DNA of 64,000 bases from Pseudomonadota bacterium (GTDB lineage Bacteria; UBA10199; 2-02-FULL-44-16; DYJF01): positions 32,001-96,000 of the forward strand of contig JBDRBB010000010.1 of assembly GCA_043823065.1 (NCBI GenBank), read 5' to 3'. This document shows, in pieces, positions 11,167 to 20,820 of the stretch. Under the pieces are notes generated by a model, which ran no database searches, had not been told where the DNA came from, and was given only the letters and a program-made list of their open reading frames with translations. Position numbers and translations under genes: made by a program. Within the stretch, counting starts at the first letter, position 1. Each line of letters opens with the position of its first letter.

Positions 11167-12183
11167 TTATAGGGCGAATCTCTTTCTTAGTTTCAGCCAA
11201 ACCTTAAGCAATCTTTCAGCCAAAAGATATGAACTCAAAGCAACAGCCCAGCCTGCAAAAATATCCACCACCCAATGATGCCTTAGATAAACTGTGGAAA
11301 ACCATAAACTGGTCACAAGAGGAATATAAAGATACCACAACACAGTGTTTAGCTTAGAAATATTTCGATATTTATAGGCATAGATCAAGGCTACTGAGGA
11401 AATACCTACGTGCAAGCTGGGGAATGCGCCGCCACTTACCACTGAAAGGTTGTCCCACATACCTTGCAATTTGTTAAATAGAAAAATGCCAGTTAAACGA
11501 TGAGGGTCTGTATACAGATGTTCAATATAAAAACGCGGCGGTGAACATGGGAAAAAAGTATAACACACAAAACCAATAACAAAGGTAAAGCTTAAGGCCA
11601 AGACCATGCTGCGAAAATAATTACGCTGATTAGCCAAAGAAAGAAAAAACATTAAAGCCAACGGCAAGGCAAAATACAGGGCATAGGAAAAAGACATAAT
11701 ATCAGTCAGCAGGGGGCTAAAGATTTTTTGAGCCCAAACAGTGGGTTGAGTTCCAAAAATGAGTCCATCCCAATGATACATATATTTAGCAACATCAAAA
11801 TGTTCTACATGACCTGCATAATCTCTCAAATTTTCGTAAATAAAGGCAATAAACAAAAACGGTAGCCATTCTCTAAGCACGATCAAACTATTAACTTTTG
11901 CTTGTTTAGGAGACCTTATTGATTTTATTAATATTGCCCCAGCCATAATTGCCAAAGGTAAACCTAGGCTGGCTTGAAAAAATCTAACATTGCCATTTAG
12001 GGCAACCACAACCACCACCAGTAAAGTAGTCATAAACAAGACAAAAAACATGTCTAGACCCATGGTCGCCAAGGTAAACAAAAAATATACTTTTAATCTT
12101 TTTAAAAAAGATGGAGATAATAGAGCTTGTTCTCTAACACTTTGTAATACTGAAATATTTTGTGTTTCTTCTCTCGTAGACAT
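11167..12183 (-). CDS. PAP2/Aur1-like (inositol phosphorylceramide synthase family) membrane phosphotransferase
   Basis: P.SPPR, AFPSLH and RHHWVVD motifs; multi-TM. Confidence 0.8.
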   Translation of the reverse strand: MSTREETQNISVLQSVREQALLSPSFLKRLKVYFLFTLATMGLDMFFVLFMTTLLVVVVVALNGNVRFFQASLGLPLAIMAGAILIKSIRSPKQAKVNSLIVLREWLPFLFIAFIYENLRDYAGHVEHFDVAKYMYHWDGLIFGTQPTVWAQKIFSPLLTDIMSFSYALYFALPLALMFFLSLANQRNYFRSMVLALSFTFVIGFVCYTFFPCSPPRFYIEHLYTDPHRLTGIFLFNKLQGMWDNLSVVSGGAFPSLHVGISSVALIYAYKYRNISKLNTVLWYLYIPLVTSLWFSTVYLRHHWVVDIFAGWAVALSSYLLAERLLKVWLKLRKRFAL

Positions 12184-12274
12184 ATCTTACCCTTCCTTCA
12201 ATCTGCACAGCCGCATAACCTAGCTATTTTTTTGTTGCTTTACAATAAAAAACCGACCAAAAAGCAATCTAGAT

Positions 12275-13414
12275 ATGCGAATAGCCATTGTTTCTGAATA
12301 TTATTATCCTTTATTAGGCGGTATTAGCGAGCATGTCCATTTTTTTGCCAAAGAATGCGCTAACTTAGGCCACCAAGTAACCATCATCACCTCTGCCCCT
12401 TTGCTTAAATCAAAAAATCATCAACCACCTGATTTTATAACTAAAACCAGGATCGAAATTATCAGAATTGGACACGGCATTCCTTTTTATAGTAACGGCT
12501 CTTTTGCCAATATTTCTTTTGGCTTTGGTATGAAAAAACAATTAAGAAAAATTCTACAAAAAGGTAAATTTGATATCGTGCACATTCACTCGCCAGCAAT
12601 TCCCACCCTTCCTATTTTAACCCAAATGGTCTCAGAAATTCCAAACATCGGCACATTTCATACTTATTTTGAAAAAAATTTTCTTTATGCTTTTTATAAA
12701 AATTTAATTCAAGATGCCCTGGGCAATTTAGACGGTAGAATAGCTGTTTCCAAACTTTGCGTGGAAACCATTACCCGTCATATTTCCGCAGAATTTGAAA
12801 TTATCCCTAATGGTGTTGATCTGGAGTACTTTTCTAAACCCCAGGGTCAGCTCAATAAATATAAAGATGGTAAAATTAATATCTTATTTGTAGGTCGCCT
12901 GGATCCGCGCAATGGATTAGAGTGTTTAATCAAGGCCTATCGCCAAGCACGCAAAAAAAATAGAAATATTAGATTGATTATAATTGGCGATGGACCTTTG
13001 CGTTCCTACTACAATATTATTATGAAAGATGAAGATGATATTCATTTTGAAGGATATGTGAATCATCTGCGCCCTGATTATTATTTAAACTGTGACATCT
13101 TTTGTTTTCCTGTGCAAAAAGCATCTTTTGGCATTACAATTTTAGAAGCCATGGCTGCCAGCAAGCCTATTATTTGCACAGATTTGCCAGCTTTTCATGA
13201 TATTTTAGGTAAAGATCAAAAAGCTTGCCGCTATGTTGACCCTTTTGATCCTCAAGCATTTGCAGATAAATTAACTGAGCTAATTGAAGACGCAAGTTTA
13301 CGCCAAACCATGGGTGAAGTTGGTTTTGAGCGCGTTCAGCGTTTTTCCTGGCCCCAGGTAACTAAACAAGTTCTGGAATATTATCAGAAAATACTTGCTA
13401 CAACTGGATCTTAA
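12275..13414 (+). CDS. GT4 glycosyltransferase, PimA-like
   Basis: GGISEHV, IPFYSNGS, GTFH, FVGRLDPRNG, SFGITILEAMA. Confidence 0.85.
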   Translation: MRIAIVSEYYYPLLGGISEHVHFFAKECANLGHQVTIITSAPLLKSKNHQPPDFITKTRIEIIRIGHGIPFYSNGSFANISFGFGMKKQLRKILQKGKFDIVHIHSPAIPTLPILTQMVSEIPNIGTFHTYFEKNFLYAFYKNLIQDALGNLDGRIAVSKLCVETITRHISAEFEIIPNGVDLEYFSKPQGQLNKYKDGKINILFVGRLDPRNGLECLIKAYRQARKKNRNIRLIIIGDGPLRSYYNIIMKDEDDIHFEGYVNHLRPDYYLNCDIFCFPVQKASFGITILEAMAASKPIICTDLPAFHDILGKDQKACRYVDPFDPQAFADKLTELIEDASLRQTMGEVGFERVQRFSWPQVTKQVLEYYQKILATTGS

Positions 13415-14327
13415 ATTCATCTGTAACAATTTCTTTGGGCATCTCTGTCCAAGGTGAATCACAAAATTTAACTTTGATTTGATAACGACCAGCAGGAATA
13501 TTTTCTGGAATCTGCCAGAAAATATCTGACATGCCTTTAAAGTCTTCAAATACCTGGCATTTATCTTGAGTAGAACTATTTTTAAATATAGGTTTAATTT
13601 TTTGACTACCAATTTTCCTATCTTTATCTAAATTTTCTAAAATGAATTTTGTATTTACTCCAATTGGCCAGGCAGTCATGCGCGCAAATTTTAAATTTAT
13701 AGTTTCCCCTGGGAGATAAATATCTTGATTATTTATAATAATAATCAGTTTATTATCATCAGCTAAACCTGAGCCAACCCCGGAAGTATTAGCATCCCAA
13801 AACCTGGCTGGGCCAACATCAATATGCACAGTTTTACCATAATAATAACCAACGCCGCCAAAATTAATATCCTTAACATAATCCCAAATCTTTCTGGAAG
13901 ATACACCCTGCATAATAATATCTGCTGCCAGGCCATATTGATGCATGCTGGCTTTAGCAGCTAATTTGCCATTATTTCTTAAATTAGTATTATAGTTTGG
14001 GCTGCGATATCCAGAAACAATAGTTATCTTACCACCCTGAAAATGATCTTGCAGATAATCTAAAAATTCAATCAGCCTCAAAGAGATTTCCCCTTTTTGC
14101 TGGCCAGTGCTAAACACTTTGTTGATTTGATTTAGGGCTTGCTGATCATATTTACCATTTGTGCGATAAACTCCGTTAAAAGTCGCCCTAGTATGCGTGG
14201 AATTCAGACTCAACTTACCATCCCCAGCATGAAAAAATCTACTTTCCGGCAATTCAGCGAATGCTGCTCTAGAAAAAGTTATTAAGAATAAAAGCCCAAA
14301 CCAAATTATTAGCTTGTTAGATATCAT
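13398..14327 (-). CDS. YcbK/DUF882 peptidase M15 family secreted protein
   Basis: SGYRSP, SMH..G.AAD, VHIDVGPARFW; start reassigned to MISNKL after GGAGA SD. Confidence 0.85.
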   Translation of the reverse strand: MISNKLIIWFGLLFLITFSRAAFAELPESRFFHAGDGKLSLNSTHTRATFNGVYRTNGKYDQQALNQINKVFSTGQQKGEISLRLIEFLDYLQDHFQGGKITIVSGYRSPNYNTNLRNNGKLAAKASMHQYGLAADIIMQGVSSRKIWDYVKDINFGGVGYYYGKTVHIDVGPARFWDANTSGVGSGLADDNKLIIIINNQDIYLPGETINLKFARMTAWPIGVNTKFILENLDKDRKIGSQKIKPIFKNSSTQDKCQVFEDFKGMSDIFWQIPENIPAGRYQIKVKFCDSPWTEMPKEIVTDEFKIQL

Positions 14328-14335
14328 ATTTCTCC

Positions 14336-14455
14336 TTTTTTGCTGATGACGTAGGGCGGCTTTTCGAATCCGGACCGACATTATCCAAGTCATTAATAGT
14401 TTCGTAAAAGTCTGAGGGAGGTGAGAAAAGTCGGCCGAGAGTCATTAGCAAAAAA
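14336..14455 (+). repeat. Dispersed structured repeat, family A copy 1
   Basis: cgtagggcggctttt...aaaagtcggccgagag core inside a terminal inverted repeat. Confidence 0.85.
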
Positions 14456-14552
14456 CAATATATGGATTTAAGAAGCGTAAATTGCAAGTTTTCCTTGGTT
14501 GACTATTTATCGCTTGCCAAGTAAGTATTTTCAACAAAATTAAGGAGGAGAC

Positions 14553-15851
14553 ATGGGCCTTTATGCTGACCGAGTAGGTTTAATTGATACAGAAAATGCC
14601 TTTAAGGTTGGTCCTTATATTAGGGGTTTGGAAGACCAGGGGCATAAAGTTATTAAATGCAATTTAGGCGAACCAGATTTTCCGCTTCCCCAACACATTA
14701 AAGATGAATTAAAACATCAAGTAGATTTAGATAATACTCATTATGTAGACCCTCAAGGCCTGCTTCCTTTTAGACAAGCAATTGCCAAACAAATTAGCGA
14801 GACCAGAAATATTAGAGTAACCCCTGAACAGGTAGTAGTCTTTCCTGGAGCTAAACCGCCAATTGGTTTGTGCCAGCAAACTTACTGCAACCCTGGTGAT
14901 GAAATAATTTATCCTTCACCTGGCTTTCCCATTTATGAATCTTTTACCAAATATGTTGGCGCCAAACCAGTTCCTCTTCATTTAAAAGAAGAAAAAGGGT
15001 TTAGCTTTCAGGGTCAGGATTTAGAAAAATTAATTACTAATAAAACAAAAATGATCTTTATTTGTTTTCCTTCTAATCCAACTGGTGGAGTAGCCACTGA
15101 AGATCAATTAAGAGAAATAGCGCAAGTGATCAAAACTAAATGCAGCCCAGATGTAAGAATTTATTCAGATGAAGTTTACGAAAATATTCTATTTGATGGT
15201 TCAAAACATAAATCAATTGCCTCTATTCCTGGAATGGAAAAGCAAACCATTATAGTTAGCGGCGCTTCCAAATCTTTTTCTTGGACTGGGGGTCGTATTG
15301 GCTGGGCAGTGTTTCCTACAGTTGAGGAAGCTCAAATCTTCAAAAATTTGAACATAAATTATTTTTCCTGCATTGCTGGCTATAATCAAATGGCCTGCAA
15401 ACTTGCCCTTGAATCGCCTCAAAGCAAAATTGAAATTGCCAAAATGGTGGCTGCCTTTCAGGAAAGAAGAGACGCGGTAGTGCAAGGCTTAAATAATATC
15501 AAAGGAATAAGCTGCCAAAATCCTAAAGGAGCTTTTTACGTGTTTCCCAATATTTCTGGAGTTTGCAAAAATATTGGTGCAATTGATGCTTATGAAACCT
15601 TGCCAGCTGAGATTAAAACAAAAACTTCTCCTTCAACTTTATTTCAGATGTTTCTTTTGTTTAATTATTATGTAGCAACCATGGATCGTAAATCATTTAA
15701 CAGACTTGGCACTGAAGGCATGCATTATCTGCGCATATCTATTGCCACAGGTTTAGATGATCTTAAAGATGGCGTTAACCGGTTAGCTAAGGCAAGCCAA
15801 GATAAAACCAGTTTTGCGGAGTTTGTTAAAAAAGGAGAATATTTATACTGA
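14553..15851 (+). CDS. PLP-dependent aminotransferase class I/II
   Basis: NLGEPDF, PSNPTG, SDEVY, SKSFSWTGGRIG. Confidence 0.92.
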   Translation: MGLYADRVGLIDTENAFKVGPYIRGLEDQGHKVIKCNLGEPDFPLPQHIKDELKHQVDLDNTHYVDPQGLLPFRQAIAKQISETRNIRVTPEQVVVFPGAKPPIGLCQQTYCNPGDEIIYPSPGFPIYESFTKYVGAKPVPLHLKEEKGFSFQGQDLEKLITNKTKMIFICFPSNPTGGVATEDQLREIAQVIKTKCSPDVRIYSDEVYENILFDGSKHKSIASIPGMEKQTIIVSGASKSFSWTGGRIGWAVFPTVEEAQIFKNLNINYFSCIAGYNQMACKLALESPQSKIEIAKMVAAFQERRDAVVQGLNNIKGISCQNPKGAFYVFPNISGVCKNIGAIDAYETLPAEIKTKTSPSTLFQMFLLFNYYVATMDRKSFNRLGTEGMHYLRISIATGLDDLKDGVNRLAKASQDKTSFAEFVKKGEYLY

Positions 15852-15870
15852 TCGCTTAATGTTTAGACAA

Positions 15871-15938
15871 TTGACCATAGACTATTGACTATAGACCTTT
15901 TATTTTTGGTCAATGGTCCATTGTCAATGGTCTATAGT
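15871..15938. repeat. Inverted array of heptamer repeats (gaccata/gactatt)
   Basis: Same pattern at 62389-62453. Confidence 0.6.
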
Positions 15939-15959
15939 TGTTATTAAAATGGAGGAAAT

Positions 15960-18326
15960 ATGAATTTCAAATTTGGACCCAGAAGAGCAGTGGTTATCAA
16001 CATTGAAGAAGAACTGAAAAATAGCTACACGCCTACTGGCGCCTTTGCCACAGATCCCAAAGTTTTTGAAGATTTTGATCAAATCTATCGTTCCCTGTGC
16101 GCTATTATGTATAACTACGTGCCCTCCAGTGGTCATCCAGGCGGCAGCATTTCTTCTGGCCGGTTTGTGCAAAGTATTTTGTTTAATGCCTTAAATTATG
16201 ATGTGTCAAATCCTGATGAAAAAAGCGCAGATATTATTTCCTATGCAGCTGGACATAAGGCCTTGGGTCTTTATGCAGCCTGGGCCTTAAGAAATGAAAT
16301 TATGCGCATTGGCGCTCCAGATCTATTGCCCACTAATATTAAGCAACAACTGCGTTTAGAAGATCTTTTGGGTTTTAGGCGCAACCCCACTACCACTACT
16401 CCTTTATTTAATAAATACAAAGCTAAGTCTTTAGATGGCCATCCCACTCCAGCAACTCCTTTTGTCAAGCTTGCCACTGGCGCTTCTGGGGTTGGCGTGA
16501 CCACATCCATTGGCCTTGCTTTAGGAGCAATTGATATTTATCCAGATAAAACACCATATGTACATATTGTAGAAGGTGAAGGCGGCATGACCCCTGGCCG
16601 AGTTTCGGAAAGCCTGGCTGCTGCTGGCACCATGGGGCTTAAAAATGCAATTATACATGTAGATTGGAATCAGGCTTCTATCGATACCAATAATGTTTGT
16701 CGTGAAAATGACAAACCAGGAACATATGTGCAATGGGATCCAATGGAATTTTGTTATCTGCATGATTGGAACGTAATTATTGTGCCAGATGGTTTTAATT
16801 ATAAACAAATCTTTGCTGCCCAGCAAAAAGCAATGGAGCTAAAAAATAATCAACCCACAGCCATAATTTATCGCACTATTAAAGGCTGGCAATATGGCAT
16901 TGAAGGCAAAGCATCTCACGGCGCTGGACACAAGCTTTGCTCCAACGGATTTTTTGAAGCTTTGCAACCTTTACTCAAAGAAGGTCAAATACCGCGCTGT
17001 GAAACAGAGCAAACCAGGTGCGATTCAGGTGCTAATGCTGATATCATTGAAAACTGTTATTGGGAAGCCTTGCTGGTAATTCGCCAAGCCTTAGAAAATA
17101 ATCAAACGCTTACTAGAACTTTAAGTGCTAATCTGAAAAATGCTAGAGAAAGACTTGATAAATCTAAACGAACGCCCAGAAAAAATGCGCCGCAAGTTGA
17201 GAAAATCTTTAATCCTAAGTTTGATCCCAGCAAGGTGCCTACTGAACTTAAATTAGAGCCAGGTAAAACTACAACCTTGCGCGCAGCTTTGGGTGAAGCA
17301 CTAAACTATTATAATCAGCAAAGTGGCGGGGCTATTCTATCTGCTTCTGCTGATCTTCTAGGTTCAACCTCAACTAATGTCATTGCCAAAGGCTTTGCTG
17401 ATGGCTACTTCCACACTAAGACTAATCCTGAAGCTAGAATACTTTCAGTTGGTGGAATTTGTGAAGATGCTATATCAGGAGTACTTGCTGGACTTTCTAC
17501 TTATGGTAATCACATCGGCGTGGGATCTTCTTACGGAGCATTTATTGCTGCCTTAGGACATATTGCAGCTAGACTGCACGGTATTGGCAATCAGGCTTTG
17601 GAAGAGCGTGAACCAAAAACTCCTTACAAGCCATTTATTCTAACCTGTGCGCATGCGGGCCTAAAGACTGGTGAAGATGGACCAACGCACGCTGATCCTC
17701 AGGCCTTGCAACTCTTGCAAGAAAACTTTCCGCCCAAAGTGGCTATTACCTTAACTCCCTGGGATCCGCAAGAAGTTTGGCCGTTAATGACTATAGCCTT
17801 GCAAAAAAGACCAGCTGTGATTGCTCCATTTGTAACTAGACCAAATGAAATAATTTATGACCGGGCTAAACTTAATTTAGCTCCAGTTACTGATTGCCTA
17901 ACTGGAATTTACGCCTTGCGCCGAGCCAAAACAAATGCCACTTGTGATGGCACTGTTGTCTTGCAAGAAAGTGGTGTAACTTATGCTTTTATTGAACAAG
18001 CTCTGCCTCTGCTTGAAAAAGAGGGATTAAATCTTAATATCTATTATATAGCTTCTGCCGAACTTTTTGATCTGCTGCCTGCAGCTGAAAAGACCAAGGT
18101 CTATCCAGAAGAAATAGCCAAGCAAGCCATGGGCATCACTGGCTTTACCTTTCCCACCATGTATCGCTTTATTGTATCTGACTATGGCCGGGCCTGCACC
18201 TTGCATCCTTTTCAAAAAGGGCGCTATTTGGGAAGTGGCCAGGCACACAAAGTCTTGGAACAAGCAGGACTTGATGGCCAAGCCCAGTTCAGAGCAATTA
18301 TGCGCTATGTAAAGGAACGAAAGTAG
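15960..18326 (+). CDS. Transketolase-like TPP enzyme
   Basis: SGHPGG, LDGHP, GEGG..N TPP-like motif, SADL, GICE, GEDGPTH. Confidence 0.85.
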   Translation: MNFKFGPRRAVVINIEEELKNSYTPTGAFATDPKVFEDFDQIYRSLCAIMYNYVPSSGHPGGSISSGRFVQSILFNALNYDVSNPDEKSADIISYAAGHKALGLYAAWALRNEIMRIGAPDLLPTNIKQQLRLEDLLGFRRNPTTTTPLFNKYKAKSLDGHPTPATPFVKLATGASGVGVTTSIGLALGAIDIYPDKTPYVHIVEGEGGMTPGRVSESLAAAGTMGLKNAIIHVDWNQASIDTNNVCRENDKPGTYVQWDPMEFCYLHDWNVIIVPDGFNYKQIFAAQQKAMELKNNQPTAIIYRTIKGWQYGIEGKASHGAGHKLCSNGFFEALQPLLKEGQIPRCETEQTRCDSGANADIIENCYWEALLVIRQALENNQTLTRTLSANLKNARERLDKSKRTPRKNAPQVEKIFNPKFDPSKVPTELKLEPGKTTTLRAALGEALNYYNQQSGGAILSASADLLGSTSTNVIAKGFADGYFHTKTNPEARILSVGGICEDAISGVLAGLSTYGNHIGVGSSYGAFIAALGHIAARLHGIGNQALEEREPKTPYKPFILTCAHAGLKTGEDGPTHADPQALQLLQENFPPKVAITLTPWDPQEVWPLMTIALQKRPAVIAPFVTRPNEIIYDRAKLNLAPVTDCLTGIYALRRAKTNATCDGTVVLQESGVTYAFIEQALPLLEKEGLNLNIYYIASAELFDLLPAAEKTKVYPEEIAKQAMGITGFTFPTMYRFIVSDYGRACTLHPFQKGRYLGSGQAHKVLEQAGLDGQAQFRAIMRYVKERK

Positions 18327-18385
18327 TACGCGCTTCATTTGAATAAACAATTGCGTGCTTAGGTTAAATTTGCTATTTAGGGGAT

Positions 18386-18673
18386 ATGCTAAATAGAACA
18401 AAAAAGACAACTCAATCGCCTAAAAAACCTTCTGCAGGTTACCCAGAAATTGAAGAGCTAATTGAAACTGAAGATTTTTCTGAAGTTAATAAGAAGTTTC
18501 AAAACGCTTATGATCAATTAGAAGAATTGGGAAAAAAGAAAAAAGGCCTTAAAAAGAGCAGAGATGCCAAGCAGGCTATGCTTTCAATTGAGCTGGTTAT
18601 GGAGCTGTTTCGAGAACTGTTAACCATAAAATATCGCTTAGAAGAACTCTCTGGCAAGACCAAGTCTAAATAA
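18386..18673 (+). CDS. Small helical hypothetical protein (possible T3SS-associated chaperone-like protein)
   Basis: 95 aa charged helical ORF upstream of a needle-like gene. Confidence 0.6.
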   Translation: MLNRTKKTTQSPKKPSAGYPEIEELIETEDFSEVNKKFQNAYDQLEELGKKKKGLKKSRDAKQAMLSIELVMELFRELLTIKYRLEELSGKTKSK

Positions 18674-18741
18674 ACCAATATATTCAATTAGTTATACCCA
18701 TGGCTGATTCCTTTAAAAAAGCAAAAATATTGTAAAAATAA

Positions 18742-18770
18742 GCAACTTTAGGGGGTCTGTCAGTCGATAA
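18742..18770 (+). promoter_or_regulatory. Putative sigma28-like promoter GCAAC-N18-CGATAA
   Basis: Matches the motif seen at three other sites, with a spacer 2 nt longer. Confidence 0.45.
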
Positions 18771-18799
18771 TAATAGTGAGAGAAGATTCGGAGGAATAT

Positions 18800-19345
18800 A
18801 TGGGTATTAATGCAATTAATCCAAATGCTATTGCGCAAGAAGTAAAAGCCAATAGTGCTAAAAGTCATCCTAAAGGCTTTAATGCTTTTTTAGGCGCTGC
18901 CAGCGCTTCCAAAGGTGTAGGAGATATTACTGGTGGTGTAACTGCTATGTCTGATGCTACTATGCTTGGTGTTCAGCAAGCTGGTGTAGGTAACAATGCG
19001 CAAGCTGTTTTAGCTGCTGCTTTTTCTGGAACCTCTGCTGCAGGTCAAGTTTATGGCGGTTCTCCTTATATGACTGCGGGTATGGGTAGCTCAGCCATGA
19101 TGAGTCCAAGTATTGCCAAATATTCCAGTGGTGTAGTGGGCGCTGGTACAAGTTCTGTAGTGGCTGGTACTGATTTTAGCCAAGCAGAAATGATCAACAC
19201 CATGAATCAAAACAACTTACAATTATTAGAACTGCAAGCTACAATGCAATCAAATATGCAGGCCTGGAACACCAAATCCAATATTTTATCTGCTGATCAT
19301 CGCGCCCGCATGGCCATGATTGAAAAGTTTACAGCTAGAGGATAA
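18800..19345 (+). CDS. Hypothetical protein with T3SS needle/filament-like C-terminal helix
   Basis: G/A/S-rich N-terminal part; C-terminal LLELQATMQ..MQAWNTKSNILSADHRARMAMIEKF; GGAGG SD; followed by a terminator. Confidence 0.65.
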   Translation: MGINAINPNAIAQEVKANSAKSHPKGFNAFLGAASASKGVGDITGGVTAMSDATMLGVQQAGVGNNAQAVLAAAFSGTSAAGQVYGGSPYMTAGMGSSAMMSPSIAKYSSGVVGAGTSSVVAGTDFSQAEMINTMNQNNLQLLELQATMQSNMQAWNTKSNILSADHRARMAMIEKFTARG

Positions 19346-19364
19346 TTGAGATAATCATTAAACT

Positions 19365-19395
19365 AAAACCCCGTAAGCAATTACGGGGTTTTTTT
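19365..19395 (+). terminator. Rho-independent terminator
   Basis: aaaaccccgtaa-gcaa-ttacggggttttttt. Confidence 0.85.
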
Positions 19396-19438
19396 GTATG
19401 GGAATTACTTAGTGCTTTGCTTTCGCCCGCAATGACAT

Positions 19439-20482
19439 CTATTCTTCTACAATAATTCCATTAACCACTGAAATTGCATCTAGGTCGTAACCAGCGGAGG
19501 TGCCTCCCAGGCTGGCGCCATAAAGATCGCGAATTCTAATGTAACGCGCTTGGTCTAGACCAATATCTGCTAAATCAAATTGATCACCACCTGCTTCAGC
19601 TGGATCAAATGGATCAAGATCGTTTGTTTCATTGGCATAAACCACGTTCCAACCTGCGCACCCAGTAAATGGATATTCAGCATCCAGACACTCAAATTCC
19701 ACAAAGGTTTCACCATCTGTACTTACACCTACTACACCCAACTCTGCATAAGGGTCAGTTGGATCGCCGCCAATTAAAAATGGGTTCTCAAACACAATTA
19801 AATCAACACCTGGGCCATCTGTTAAATAGCAATCTCCTAAATCCAAAACTATTTCTCCAAATTGTCCTAAACTTAAAACATCCATAGTGCCCATAGGAGG
19901 ACCAAGCACAACATCTGGAAATTCATCTCCGCCAAAACCTGCTCCATCTCCAGGATCAAAGGAAAAAACATCTACAGCATGGGTTTGGCAGGCAGTTGGT
20001 TCATCGTCGCTTCCATCATTATCAATATCCTCATCCAATCCTTCTTCTTCATCATTTTCATCAACAATATTTTCTTCCTCTACTACTTCGTCCAGGGTAT
20101 AAATTTTTAGATCTCTGCTATATTCTTTTGCTCCAACTTGCGCCTTGATTGTAATTTTTCCTGCAGCTAAAGCCACTAGGCGCGCATTATCTGTTAACAA
20201 AGCTATTTGCCGATCAGAAATTGACCAATAAATAATATCTTTTTCTCCTTGCTCATCTGCATATACAGTTGTGTATTGTTCTTTGATCTGTCCTGAAGAA
20301 TCAACCAGCCCCAAAAACACCTGCACTGCCTGACCAACTCTCACCGGTTCTTTCGAGATCAAAACTTTTAATTCACTGCCCATGGTTAAAAAAGACAAAA
20401 CCTGTGGCGCATCAAGTTTCGGATTCCCACACCCAGTAATCATAAATATCACAACTATTATTATAATCTTTGTCATATCCAC
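19439..20482 (-). CDS. Surface lipoprotein with Ig-like domain, acidic linker and jelly-roll-like C-terminal domain; probable B12-capture accessory protein
   Basis: Lipobox ITGC, DLIVFENPF, FDLADIGL..ARYIRIRD; third gene of the riboswitch-btuB operon. Confidence 0.7.
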   Translation of the reverse strand: MDMTKIIIIVVIFMITGCGNPKLDAPQVLSFLTMGSELKVLISKEPVRVGQAVQVFLGLVDSSGQIKEQYTTVYADEQGEKDIIYWSISDRQIALLTDNARLVALAAGKITIKAQVGAKEYSRDLKIYTLDEVVEEENIVDENDEEEGLDEDIDNDGSDDEPTACQTHAVDVFSFDPGDGAGFGGDEFPDVVLGPPMGTMDVLSLGQFGEIVLDLGDCYLTDGPGVDLIVFENPFLIGGDPTDPYAELGVVGVSTDGETFVEFECLDAEYPFTGCAGWNVVYANETNDLDPFDPAEAGGDQFDLADIGLDQARYIRIRDLYGASLGGTSAGYDLDAISVVNGIIVEE

Positions 20483-20493
20483 CCCTTTATTTA

Positions 20494-20647
20494 TGATAAG
20501 TCACTTAGGTGAGTATCGCTTCGCTAAATCCAAAATTTCTTCACGCGCCAGAAATTTTGGAAGCGTTCTTCGTTCGCCATGGCATATAGGCTGCTGTGAT
20601 GGCTCACTCGCACGCCGCGAATCAATACTCACCTAAGTGACTTATCA
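20494..20647. repeat. Element bounded by a perfect 23-bp inverted repeat
   Basis: tgataagtcacttaggtgagtat (20494-20516) / atactcacctaagtgacttatca (20625-20647); internal hairpins. Confidence 0.8.
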
Positions 20648-20658
20648 AAATTAAATAT

Positions 20659-20816
20659 TACTGATTGCGCAGAGGCCACCAGGTTTTGGGGCATCTCGCT
20701 GGCGAGCGTATCTATGCTTATGATACCACGCTCGCCAAGAGACTTAAGGCAAGTTTTTGGGCGTAACCAAAAACGCAGCCGTACCCAAAACCTGGTGGCC
20801 TCGAGAGCAATCAGTA
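20659..20816 (+). repeat. Multibranch palindromic element with GCA/GAGA internal loop
   Basis: tactgattgc-gca-gaggccaccaggttttggg...cccaaaacctggtggcctc-gaga-gcaatcagta; fragments recur at 26944-26961 and 35106-35150. Confidence 0.8.
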
Positions 20817-20820
20817 TAAA

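Noticed and set aside
14328..14393. N-terminal extension of the YcbK ORF (similar extensions on hpnH, comEA, tonB, btuF and the 50065 ORF)
   Set aside because: Downstream starts have better SD sequences or signal peptides; several extensions run through repeats or adjacent genes.
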